Assembly: GCA_021399395.1 (NCBI GenBank)
Contig: JAAFKJ010000017.1
Span: 1 to 38,321 of the forward strand
DNA: 38,321 nt
Origin: Candidatus Heimdallarchaeota archaeon
GTDB lineage: Archaea > Asgardarchaeota > Heimdallarchaeia > Heimdallarchaeales > Heimdallarchaeaceae
Direction: 5' to 3'
This document shows positions 28,841-37,128 of the stretch, one piece after another (position 1 is the stretch's first letter; every line of letters begins with the position of its first letter). Under the pieces are notes generated by a model. It saw only the letters and a list, made by a program, of their open reading frames with translations, made no database searches and was not told the DNA's origin. Position numbers and translations under genes: made by a program.

Positions 28841-28898
28841 TAATGTTTAAATTAATAATGTTTATCTAAACATTAAGTATATCCCGAAATATTTAAAA
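28841..28898 (+). promoter_or_regulatory. Operator ATGTTTA-N17-TAAACAT (with nested perfect dyad TAATGTTTA-TC-TAAACATTA) + BRE CCCGAAATA + TATA, upstream of the permease genes
   Basis: Same architecture as 26899-26958. Confidence 0.65.
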
Positions 28899-28939
28899 AT
28901 ATTTCAACCATAAGGAGATACATCCAAGGAGAATTTATC

Positions 28940-30514
28940 ATGAATATGCGAGACGCTGAAGTCAAAATAGGTTTTTTTAACCGAGAAAAGAACTTTTCTT
29001 TGTTCATTATAGTGGGAGCTTTACCTTTATTGTTAACGATTAGCGCAGTTGTTGTTGGTGCCATTGCATCTTTAGCAACACCTCAAGAAATTCAATCATT
29101 TTTCAACATAAAAATCAATAGTTTCTTTGGAAGTAATAATCTTTGGTTTAGGAGTTTTATTAGTGATCTTAAGGACAACCTATACCTCGGACCCAAGGAT
29201 GTAATAGTATCAGGAGGAACAGCATCTATACCAATGTGGATGGCACTTGGTTGTGCAGTATTAACAATAGTGTTTTCAATCATCTATGTTGTTGTCGTAA
29301 AAAAAGACAAAATAGAAGAACACCGAAGATTTTTCAAATTATCTTCAGGTATGTTTTGGTTTCTCAACATTATCTTGATTCTAGGAGAACTCACCACTAT
29401 AACTATCCCTGATTGGAAGACATCTCAACATCCAGCTTATCTTGCTAAAATGATACTCGATATCCTTTGTATTGCCACTATAGCACTTCTTGTCTGGTCT
29501 TATTATGTGTGGAAGTACATTAATTGGAGGCTTGTAAAATATATAGTTAAGAAATTGTTATTTGCTCTTGTGGCTTATTATATTGCTATAACTCTTGTCT
29601 TTATTATTTACAGAGTAATGCCTGGAGATCCCACATTCATTTTTGCTACTCAAAGAGATGTTGACCCAGCTGTAACGCAAGCATTAATTGAACGATGGGG
29701 ATTAAATGAACCTCTTTGGAATCAATATTGGATATATCTTGGAAATGTTCTTCAAGGAAATCTTGGTTATTCATATCTCCATATGAAATATGTTAATGAA
29801 ATAATTGCTGATTTCGTCCCATGGTCACTTCTCCTTTTAGGGACAGCTTTTGTCCTTAATTCCGTAATTGGAATAGTTCTAGGTGCTGTTGTCGCTTGGA
29901 GAAGAGGGTCAAAACTAGATTCTGCTTTTGTACTGACATATAATGTCTATAATGCAATTCCGCTCTTCTTTGTAGGAATGATATTCATTGCAGTTTTTGG
30001 CTTTATGGCGAGAGATAATGGTTGGCTGATTTACTTCCCTATCTTTGGATCATATTCCGCTTCATTTACAGGAGGAGGATTGATGAAATTCTTGGATATA
30101 CTATGGCACATGTTCTTACCTTTGTTGGTTTTGGTGATATCTGGTGTTCTAGGTTGGTCTTGGTTCATGCGAGGGAATTTGATGAATGTAAAGACAGAAG
30201 ATTACATTCAAACAGCTAAAGCAAAAGGACTCAATGACAATCAAGTACTGTTCAAACATGGGTTCAGAAATGCTGCTTTGCCTGTTATTACCTCAATTGG
30301 GTTGAGTTTTGGTGGGTTAATTGGAGGGGCATTGTTAATTGAAAATGTATTTGCGTACAAAGGGATGGGTACGCTTATTTTTGGAGCAATCCAAAATAAG
30401 GATTACCAATTATTGATGGGAACTTTCATCATTATTGCAGGAATAACTCTCTTGGGTCTTCTCATAGCTGAGATATTTTATGGATTTGTGGATCCAAGGA
30501 TTAAAGCAGAATAG
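28940..30514 (+). CDS. oppB: Peptide ABC permease OppB/DppB with an extra N-terminal 4-TM domain
   Basis: MPGDP, GLNEPLWNQY..YL, GNLGYS, HMFLP, EAA loop EDYIQTAKAKGL, HGFRNA, IENVF, VDPRI. Confidence 0.9.
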   Translation: MNMRDAEVKIGFFNREKNFSLFIIVGALPLLLTISAVVVGAIASLATPQEIQSFFNIKINSFFGSNNLWFRSFISDLKDNLYLGPKDVIVSGGTASIPMWMALGCAVLTIVFSIIYVVVVKKDKIEEHRRFFKLSSGMFWFLNIILILGELTTITIPDWKTSQHPAYLAKMILDILCIATIALLVWSYYVWKYINWRLVKYIVKKLLFALVAYYIAITLVFIIYRVMPGDPTFIFATQRDVDPAVTQALIERWGLNEPLWNQYWIYLGNVLQGNLGYSYLHMKYVNEIIADFVPWSLLLLGTAFVLNSVIGIVLGAVVAWRRGSKLDSAFVLTYNVYNAIPLFFVGMIFIAVFGFMARDNGWLIYFPIFGSYSASFTGGGLMKFLDILWHMFLPLLVLVISGVLGWSWFMRGNLMNVKTEDYIQTAKAKGLNDNQVLFKHGFRNAALPVITSIGLSFGGLIGGALLIENVFAYKGMGTLIFGAIQNKDYQLLMGTFIIIAGITLLGLLIAEIFYGFVDPRIKAE

Positions 30515-30523
30515 GTGAACAAA

Positions 30524-32554
30524 ATGGAAGTACAAGATACAAAACGTGTCAGGAAAATAATGATTTATTGGTTATTATCATCAATTCTATTTATTGTAGA
30601 TGCGATTTATGTAGCTCTACCCGCATATAGAAATCCGACTACAAACAGAATATTACCTCATTTACAATTAGGTATTGAAACACCAATTTTGGTTAATCAA
30701 AATTATCTAGTTTGGGGGATTATGAATTTCATTGGTTTAGCTTCAATTATTTGTCTAATAATCGTAATTTTGAGACCTCAAAAGAGTAAAGACATTTACT
30801 TTGTTGGATTAATTCCATTTGTAATTTCAATTATCTCATTATCTTTTGGTACAGCAAGCTTCTGGGGAATACTCGCACTTATCTTTAATTTGATGATAGT
30901 TCTTAATGCTTTAAATCTTACAGGAAGGATGAAACAAGGTTTCAGCATAATAAATAGAACAATTTTTCAGAATGAGAAAATTGTTACTGGAGCAATTTGG
31001 TCTATAACAACAGTTGCGCTATTACTTGATGCAATTTTACTTGCATTTCCTGAGAGTCAAGTAGAAGGCATACAACTATTTCGAGGGATAATGGACTGTG
31101 TTGGTGCTGCATCTATTCTACTTGCATTTCTGCTATTCAATAAGAGTATATCAAAAAGAATAAAATTCTGGATTGGAATTATACCATTCGCTTCAACAAT
31201 GATAGGATTCTTGGGTGGATTTCCTGGTTCAATGACTTCAATTTGGATGTGGGTAGCTATTGTATTCAGTATTGTAAATTTAGTGAGTTTCGCAAATCTC
31301 TTTGGAGAAGTGAAAGATTTAATTCTCCTCAATAAGAAATTGCATTTTCTCTTATGGTCTTTAGCCTCAATCATGGCGGTTATAAATGCTCTGAAAGTGG
31401 TATTTCCGCTTTATTCCGTACAACAAAAAACTGTTCAACTTTCTTGGGGAATAATTGACATTATTTTTGCAGCGTCGGTAGTAGTTCCAGTATTAATTCA
31501 CTACTTCAAACCGAAAAAATGGGTAGTTATAGTTACTGGATTTATTCCTTTAATTCTTGGAGTGACAGATTTAATACTTGGAATTAAAGCAGAAAAAACA
31601 GAAATTTGGACATGGTTTTCACTAATATTAGGATTGTTTGCTACTTTGTTTGCCTTCTTAACTGTAGGTAACCCAAATAATCAGCAAAGAAGTTTGAAGA
31701 AATGGAAAAGGACTTGGGGAGTTTTCAAACAAAACTGGATGGGTGTTTCAGGACTCATTCTTTTAACTGCTATAGTCGTTCTAGCTGTAGGAGGTTCAAG
31801 ATTAACTAAGTGGGATCCTGATTCATATGGAGAAAGTGGAGCTCTTGAAGCACCAAGTGTTACTCACATTTTAGGAACAAATCGGTATGGTCAAGACGTA
31901 TTCACTGTCCTTTTAGATAGCCTAAGTATATCACTTTTAATAGGAATTATTGCGGGGAGTCTAACTGTGATACTCGGAACGACTATAGGAGTTGCGAGCG
32001 CATATTTAGGAGGATGGGTTGACACATTTATAATGCGTATAACAGATGTAGTGTTAGTAATGCCTGCACTACCTCTGATGTTAGTTCTAGCATCGCTACC
32101 GTTTCTCTTCGGTCAGGTTCATTGGTCAGTTATAGCAATAGTTTATATTGTTGTATTTTGGCCCGTATCTGCTAGACTCATTAGAGGTCAAGCTCTTTCA
32201 ATTAAAGAAAGAGCATTTGTTACAAGTGCTAAGTCATCAGGAGCAGGATCAAGATACATCATATTCAAGCATGTATTACCTAATGTATTTCCTCTCATGC
32301 TAACAATGATTATCACATCCATGAGACAAGCAATTCTCTATGAATCGTTCCTATCTTATTTGGGGTTAGGAGATCCTTTGAACTGGACTCTAGGGCAGAT
32401 GCTTTATATTGCACAGCAGCAAGCAGCTCTATCATCAGGAGCATGGTGGATGTTCTTCCCACCAGGTTTAGCAATTGGTCTGATTACTCTGAGTTTTGCT
32501 TTTATTGGGATGGCTTTAGATGAAATTGTCAATCCACGTTTGAGAAAGAGGTGA
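30524..32554 (+). CDS. oppC: Peptide ABC permease OppC/DppC with about 12 extra N-terminal TM helices (ATG 30524 follows AGGTGA; alternative GTG 30515)
   Basis: HILGTNRYGQDV, GGWVD...MRITD, ARLIRGQ, HVLPN, LSYLGLG, AWW..FPPG, NPRLR. Confidence 0.9.
   Translation: MEVQDTKRVRKIMIYWLLSSILFIVDAIYVALPAYRNPTTNRILPHLQLGIETPILVNQNYLVWGIMNFIGLASIICLIIVILRPQKSKDIYFVGLIPFVISIISLSFGTASFWGILALIFNLMIVLNALNLTGRMKQGFSIINRTIFQNEKIVTGAIWSITTVALLLDAILLAFPESQVEGIQLFRGIMDCVGAASILLAFLLFNKSISKRIKFWIGIIPFASTMIGFLGGFPGSMTSIWMWVAIVFSIVNLVSFANLFGEVKDLILLNKKLHFLLWSLASIMAVINALKVVFPLYSVQQKTVQLSWGIIDIIFAASVVVPVLIHYFKPKKWVVIVTGFIPLILGVTDLILGIKAEKTEIWTWFSLILGLFATLFAFLTVGNPNNQQRSLKKWKRTWGVFKQNWMGVSGLILLTAIVVLAVGGSRLTKWDPDSYGESGALEAPSVTHILGTNRYGQDVFTVLLDSLSISLLIGIIAGSLTVILGTTIGVASAYLGGWVDTFIMRITDVVLVMPALPLMLVLASLPFLFGQVHWSVIAIVYIVVFWPVSARLIRGQALSIKERAFVTSAKSSGAGSRYIIFKHVLPNVFPLMLTMIITSMRQAILYESFLSYLGLGDPLNWTLGQMLYIAQQQAALSSGAWWMFFPPGLAIGLITLSFAFIGMALDEIVNPRLRKR
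30569..31670 (+). repeat. Three tandem protein-level repeats (about 120-140 aa, 4 TM each) in the OppC extension
   Basis: W-x9-[DN]A-x5-P at W19/W162/W281 (numbered from 30515), then GI[MI][DN]-x4-AS, GxIP and late W motifs in each copy. Confidence 0.8.
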
Positions 32555-32558
32555 TGAA

Positions 32559-33668
32559 ATGGTATTACTTGATGTAAAAAATCTTAAAACTTATTTCGAG
32601 ACTAAACTCGGTTCAGTGAAAGCTGTTGATGATGTTAGTTTTCAATTGAAGAAAGGCGAAGTTCTCGGTCTTGCAGGTGAATCAGGATGTGGAAAAACGA
32701 CCACATGTCTATCTCTAATGCGTATGATTGAATTTCCTGGCAGAATTTTAAGTGGTAAAATAAACTATGAGTATACTAATTCTATTATAAAATCATATGA
32801 TGGAGCCTATGATAGATATTTGTTTGATAAAGTTAAACCTGCTAGAGAAAATAAAAAAGAATCAACAATATTCGAAGAAGCTTTTGTTGATAATATTCTC
32901 TTCAAAAGAGGTATCAAAGATAGATCTAACAACTTGTTAGATTTAACAGAAGCTGAAATGAGAAGAATCAGGGGTAAGCATATTGCTATGATATTTCAGG
33001 GAGCTATGAATGCCTTGAATCCTGTACATAGAGTCGGGAATCAAATAAAAGAAGCAATTACTATTCATGACCCTGATATTGAAAATAGAGATGCTTGGGA
33101 TAAAGTACTAAATATCCTAGAGACTGTTGGAATAGATTCTTCTAGAGCTAGAGATTACCCTCATCAATTAAGTGGAGGAATGAAACAAAGAGCATTGATA
33201 GCAATGGCTCTTGTGAATAATCCACAAATTGTCATAGCTGATGAACCAGTTACAGCGTTAGATGTTATCGTTCAAGCTCAAGTTCTTAAAGCTACTAAAG
33301 AGTTACAAAAACAATTTGACCTATCTATGATTATGATCACACACGATCTTTCTGTAATAGCAGAAGTATGTGAAACACTTGCAATTATGTATGCTGGAAA
33401 GATGGTGGAATATGGAAAACTAAGGGATGTTTACAAAGAACCACTACACCCCTATACTGATGCACTAATCAACGCGTTTCCAAGCATAACAGGTCCAAAG
33501 ACAGAACTTTTTGATATCGGAGGACGACCTCCAGATTTGAGAAATCCACCAACTGGTTGTCGGTTTCATCCAAGGTGTCCAAAAGTTATGCCAATTTGCA
33601 GCAAAGAGGAACCTAGAATTACAAAAATTAGAGAAGGATATGTTATTTGTCACTTATATCAAGATTAA
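32559..33668 (+). CDS. oppD: Peptide ABC ATPase OppD/DppD with an insert of about 50 aa
   Basis: GESGCGKT, MIFQ, YPHQLSGGMKQR, IADEP, ITHDL, HPY, GCRFHPRC...C...C. Confidence 0.93.
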   Translation: MVLLDVKNLKTYFETKLGSVKAVDDVSFQLKKGEVLGLAGESGCGKTTTCLSLMRMIEFPGRILSGKINYEYTNSIIKSYDGAYDRYLFDKVKPARENKKESTIFEEAFVDNILFKRGIKDRSNNLLDLTEAEMRRIRGKHIAMIFQGAMNALNPVHRVGNQIKEAITIHDPDIENRDAWDKVLNILETVGIDSSRARDYPHQLSGGMKQRALIAMALVNNPQIVIADEPVTALDVIVQAQVLKATKELQKQFDLSMIMITHDLSVIAEVCETLAIMYAGKMVEYGKLRDVYKEPLHPYTDALINAFPSITGPKTELFDIGGRPPDLRNPPTGCRFHPRCPKVMPICSKEEPRITKIREGYVICHLYQD

Positions 33669-33680
33669 GAGGAAAAAAAG

Positions 33681-34904
33681 ATGTCAGTAAAAAAAGTAGT
33701 AATCGAAACTAAAAATCTGAAAAAACACTTTCCTGTAGCTGGAGCTGTATTTAGAACAATTACTGGTGGTGGACAAAAATATGTTCATGCTGTCGATGGA
33801 GTCACCTTCAAAATTTACAAAGGTGAAACTTTTGGTCTCGTAGGAGAAAGCGGGTGTGGAAAATCTACAACTGGTGTGTTAATTCTGCAACTTCTAGATA
33901 GAACTAGTGGAGAAATTTACTTTAAGGGAATAGAAACTTCCGAATATACCAGGAAACAATTGTGGATCAGCACTATCAGATCATTCTTTCATTTTATTTT
34001 TGGAACATTAAAAAGAGAAGAAAGAGAAAGAGAAGAAGCTGATCAAGATGTTACTAAAGTATCTAAAAAATCTAAGAAGAAGAAGAAGAAGAAGAAGAAG
34101 TATAAGTATAAAATAGTTAGAATAGATTGGAAGGATGTAAAAAATACCTTTCAAGAATACCGAAAACGAGTTCTATTATTTAGAAAGAATATCCAAATAG
34201 TTTTTCAGAATCCTTATGAGTCTTTAAGTCCTCGATTTAATGTTCTTGATACTATTGCTGAACCTCTTAGATTAATGAATATTGTTGAAGATGAACTTGA
34301 AATTGAAAAAATGGTCATTAATGAACTTGAAGAAGTAGGACTTGTACCAGGAACTGAATTTCTAGATAGATACCCACATGAACTGAGTGGTGGTCAAAGA
34401 CAAAGAGTCGGTGTTGCTAGAGCTTTCATTCTAGATCCTGAATTTGTTGTAGCGGATGAACCAGTCTCTATGCTTGATGTTTCTGTTCGAGTTGGGGTTC
34501 TTAAGATAATGCGCGAGTTAACTAAAAGAAGAGGAACAGGTTTCCTTTTCATTACTCATGATCTCGCTCTTGCTAGACACATGTGTGACAGAATAGCTGT
34601 AATGTACCTAGGCAGAATAGTTGAACAAGGACCAACTGAGGAACTCATTCGTAAACCATTACATCCGTATACAAAAGCACTCATCAAAGCAGTTCCAACA
34701 GCAGATCCAGATGCAAGAAGAACAGAAGATTTACCAATTGAGGGAGAAGTACCTAGCGGTATTGACATACCAGAAGGGTGTCGATTTCACCCCAGATGTC
34801 CATATGTGGCAGATGAATGCAAACTAACAGATCCTGTTCTTGAATCAGCAAAAGAAGATTATATGGTAGCATGTATAAGGTTTAGGAAAATCAATGAACT
34901 TTGA
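33681..34904 (+). CDS. oppF: Peptide ABC ATPase OppF/DppF with a charged insert of about 70 aa
   Basis: GESGCGKS, IVFQNP, YPHELSGGQRQR, ADEPVSMLDVS, HPY, GCRFHPRCP. Confidence 0.93.
   Translation: MSVKKVVIETKNLKKHFPVAGAVFRTITGGGQKYVHAVDGVTFKIYKGETFGLVGESGCGKSTTGVLILQLLDRTSGEIYFKGIETSEYTRKQLWISTIRSFFHFIFGTLKREEREREEADQDVTKVSKKSKKKKKKKKKYKYKIVRIDWKDVKNTFQEYRKRVLLFRKNIQIVFQNPYESLSPRFNVLDTIAEPLRLMNIVEDELEIEKMVINELEEVGLVPGTEFLDRYPHELSGGQRQRVGVARAFILDPEFVVADEPVSMLDVSVRVGVLKIMRELTKRRGTGFLFITHDLALARHMCDRIAVMYLGRIVEQGPTEELIRKPLHPYTKALIKAVPTADPDARRTEDLPIEGEVPSGIDIPEGCRFHPRCPYVADECKLTDPVLESAKEDYMVACIRFRKINEL
34074..34100 (+). repeat. Perfect (AAG)9 microsatellite encoding Lys9 in OppF
   Basis: Read directly from the sequence; in frame. 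Confidence 0.95.
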
Positions 34905-34917
34905 GTAATAAGAGGTA

Positions 34918-37113
34918 ATGAAGGGTGTAAATATGAATTCTGAAATTATCAAGAAAATAGATCATCAGATGCTTAAAGGAGAATATAAAAGCGCATTTGA
35001 TCTGATAAATGAAACTCAGAGTAAGACAACCCTTTCAGAGGAGGAACAAATCATCCTAGATAGTAAAAAATGTCTATTATTAAGATACCTAGGTGAATTT
35101 GAAGAACTCATAAAAATCTCTAAAAAAGTTCAATCAAAAGCAAAGACACTTAATGAAAATCTAATTCAAGTAGATGCTCTAATTCTGGAAATTTTTGCAC
35201 ATTACAGATTGAACAAAGTTGAATATGTTCTTGAACTGATAAATAAAGCAGAAAATCTTTTGTCAAAGCTTAAAACAAAGGATGTAGTCAATCTTCGAAC
35301 ACGACTATTATCGTATAAAGCATATGCTTGTATTACAAATGGTGATTTTGATCAAGCTCAGCTTCATTCTCGAGAAAATTTTATGTTATGTAAAGAACAA
35401 AACAATCCTGAATTACTAGCTGCTGCTCATTATATCAACGGATGGACACACATGCATAAAGGTGATATGCGCTCAGCTGCTGAAAGTTACAAAGAAAGTT
35501 TAATTATCAGAGAAGAACTCAACAACAACCCATATGATCTATCTCATTCTCTTTTTGGCTTAGGTTTTGTATACAGAAACTTAGGTGATCTTGATGATGC
35601 ATTCTCTTGTTTAAATCGATGTAAAAAAATTAGAGTCAAAATTGGAAATCAACAAGATATTATCTGGACCTTACTTAATCTAGGTGATGTCCTTTATACA
35701 AAGAATGAAGTTAAGAAAGCTCAAGAATATTATGATGAAGCATTGTTGATTAGTCAAAGTCTGAACTACATTTCAGGCATTATATTCTCTCTACGAAGAC
35801 TAAGTTCAGTTTATGAGAATCTTGAGGAACCACAACTAGTTTTGGATACTTTGGAAAAATCACTTGATTATTCTAAACAACTTGAAGATGTTGATCCTGA
35901 GGTTTATAGTTTATTTGATCTAATTAGATACTTATTAGAAAATAATATTGAATCAAAAGAGCTTAAAGAATACACATTAAGATTAAAAACTATAAATCAG
36001 ACTTATAAAAACAAAATCTTCAATTTAGTTTATCGATTATCTCAAGCTTTATTATTAAATGCAAAAAAAGAGAAACGCAATCAAATTAAGGCTCGGAACT
36101 TATTTAGAGATATATCTGAGGAAGAGATTATTAGTTTTGAATATACAAAAATTGCTATGCAGAATTATAGTAAACTTTTGGCAGAAGAACTAACTAGATA
36201 TCTAAATGATGAAATTCTAACCAGTCAATTAACTGATCTATCAGAGAGCATAAGTCATGATGTATTTCACAGATCATATACTCAAGTTGCTGAAAACTTC
36301 TTAGATTTAAGTCAAATTGCTTTACAGGAAATTGATATTAACAAAGCACGTGAATTATTGCGAAGAGCTCAATATTTGTGCGATTTTCTGAATCTATATA
36401 ATAAGGGATCTACCCCGTTTCGAATAATATATTCATTATTTGCTAAAGAAAGAAGTCTTAGCGAATTAAGCAAAATTCTGAAAATAACTAAAGGTGCTTT
36501 AAGCACACAATTGAAATCACTAATTGATTTAGAAATTGTCAGAATCTCAAGAGAAGAGCAGGTTAGATCTGCGACTATGTTAAAGAAATATTATACACTA
36601 GGGGACATGGGTATTGAGCTTCTTAGACCTCTGAGCATTAAACTATGTGATAGCTTAAATGTAGAGGTTAATGACACTAACATTTTGATTGATAACCTCA
36701 TGAAACCAAGACTTTTGTTAAAGATTATTAGAGATACAACAAATCTCATTGACAATTTTCAAAACTTCCTAGAAGAACAAGTTTTTCTAAAATCATCAGA
36801 TTCGAAAAAGAAAGAAAGAGATGTAGTCTTACTGAACGATGTGAAGAAGATTTTTGGTAAAACTACAGATGTTCAAGTAGATCAATTTTTCTTGACTGAG
36901 AAGCAATATCAAACGTATAAGAAAATGTGGAAGGAATTTTCAGAGAAGATAAGGTCAGAAGTTGTTGTAGAAGATATTACTTCACCAGAATACCATTCAA
37001 AAGAAAAACCGATTTATGTAGCTAATCTTGTGCTTCCCATAAATGAAATGATGGCTCTTGAAAGATACCAACTAAAACAAAGGAAGATTAAAGAAAAGAA
37101 ACCAGACGATTAG
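34918..37113 (+). CDS. TPR-repeat protein with a C-terminal ArsR-like winged HTH; putative transcription regulator (start may be ATG 34933)
   Basis: TPRs (SLFGLGFVYRNLGDLDDA, TLLNLGDVLY...A.EYY..AL); wHTH FRIIYSL...SLSELSKILKITKGALSTQLKSLIDLEIV...KYYTL. Confidence 0.85.
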   Translation: MKGVNMNSEIIKKIDHQMLKGEYKSAFDLINETQSKTTLSEEEQIILDSKKCLLLRYLGEFEELIKISKKVQSKAKTLNENLIQVDALILEIFAHYRLNKVEYVLELINKAENLLSKLKTKDVVNLRTRLLSYKAYACITNGDFDQAQLHSRENFMLCKEQNNPELLAAAHYINGWTHMHKGDMRSAAESYKESLIIREELNNNPYDLSHSLFGLGFVYRNLGDLDDAFSCLNRCKKIRVKIGNQQDIIWTLLNLGDVLYTKNEVKKAQEYYDEALLISQSLNYISGIIFSLRRLSSVYENLEEPQLVLDTLEKSLDYSKQLEDVDPEVYSLFDLIRYLLENNIESKELKEYTLRLKTINQTYKNKIFNLVYRLSQALLLNAKKEKRNQIKARNLFRDISEEEIISFEYTKIAMQNYSKLLAEELTRYLNDEILTSQLTDLSESISHDVFHRSYTQVAENFLDLSQIALQEIDINKARELLRRAQYLCDFLNLYNKGSTPFRIIYSLFAKERSLSELSKILKITKGALSTQLKSLIDLEIVRISREEQVRSATMLKKYYTLGDMGIELLRPLSIKLCDSLNVEVNDTNILIDNLMKPRLLLKIIRDTTNLIDNFQNFLEEQVFLKSSDSKKKERDVVLLNDVKKIFGKTTDVQVDQFFLTEKQYQTYKKMWKEFSEKIRSEVVVEDITSPEYHSKEKPIYVANLVLPINEMMALERYQLKQRKIKEKKPDD

Positions 37114-37128
37114 AAGATTATACACTAC

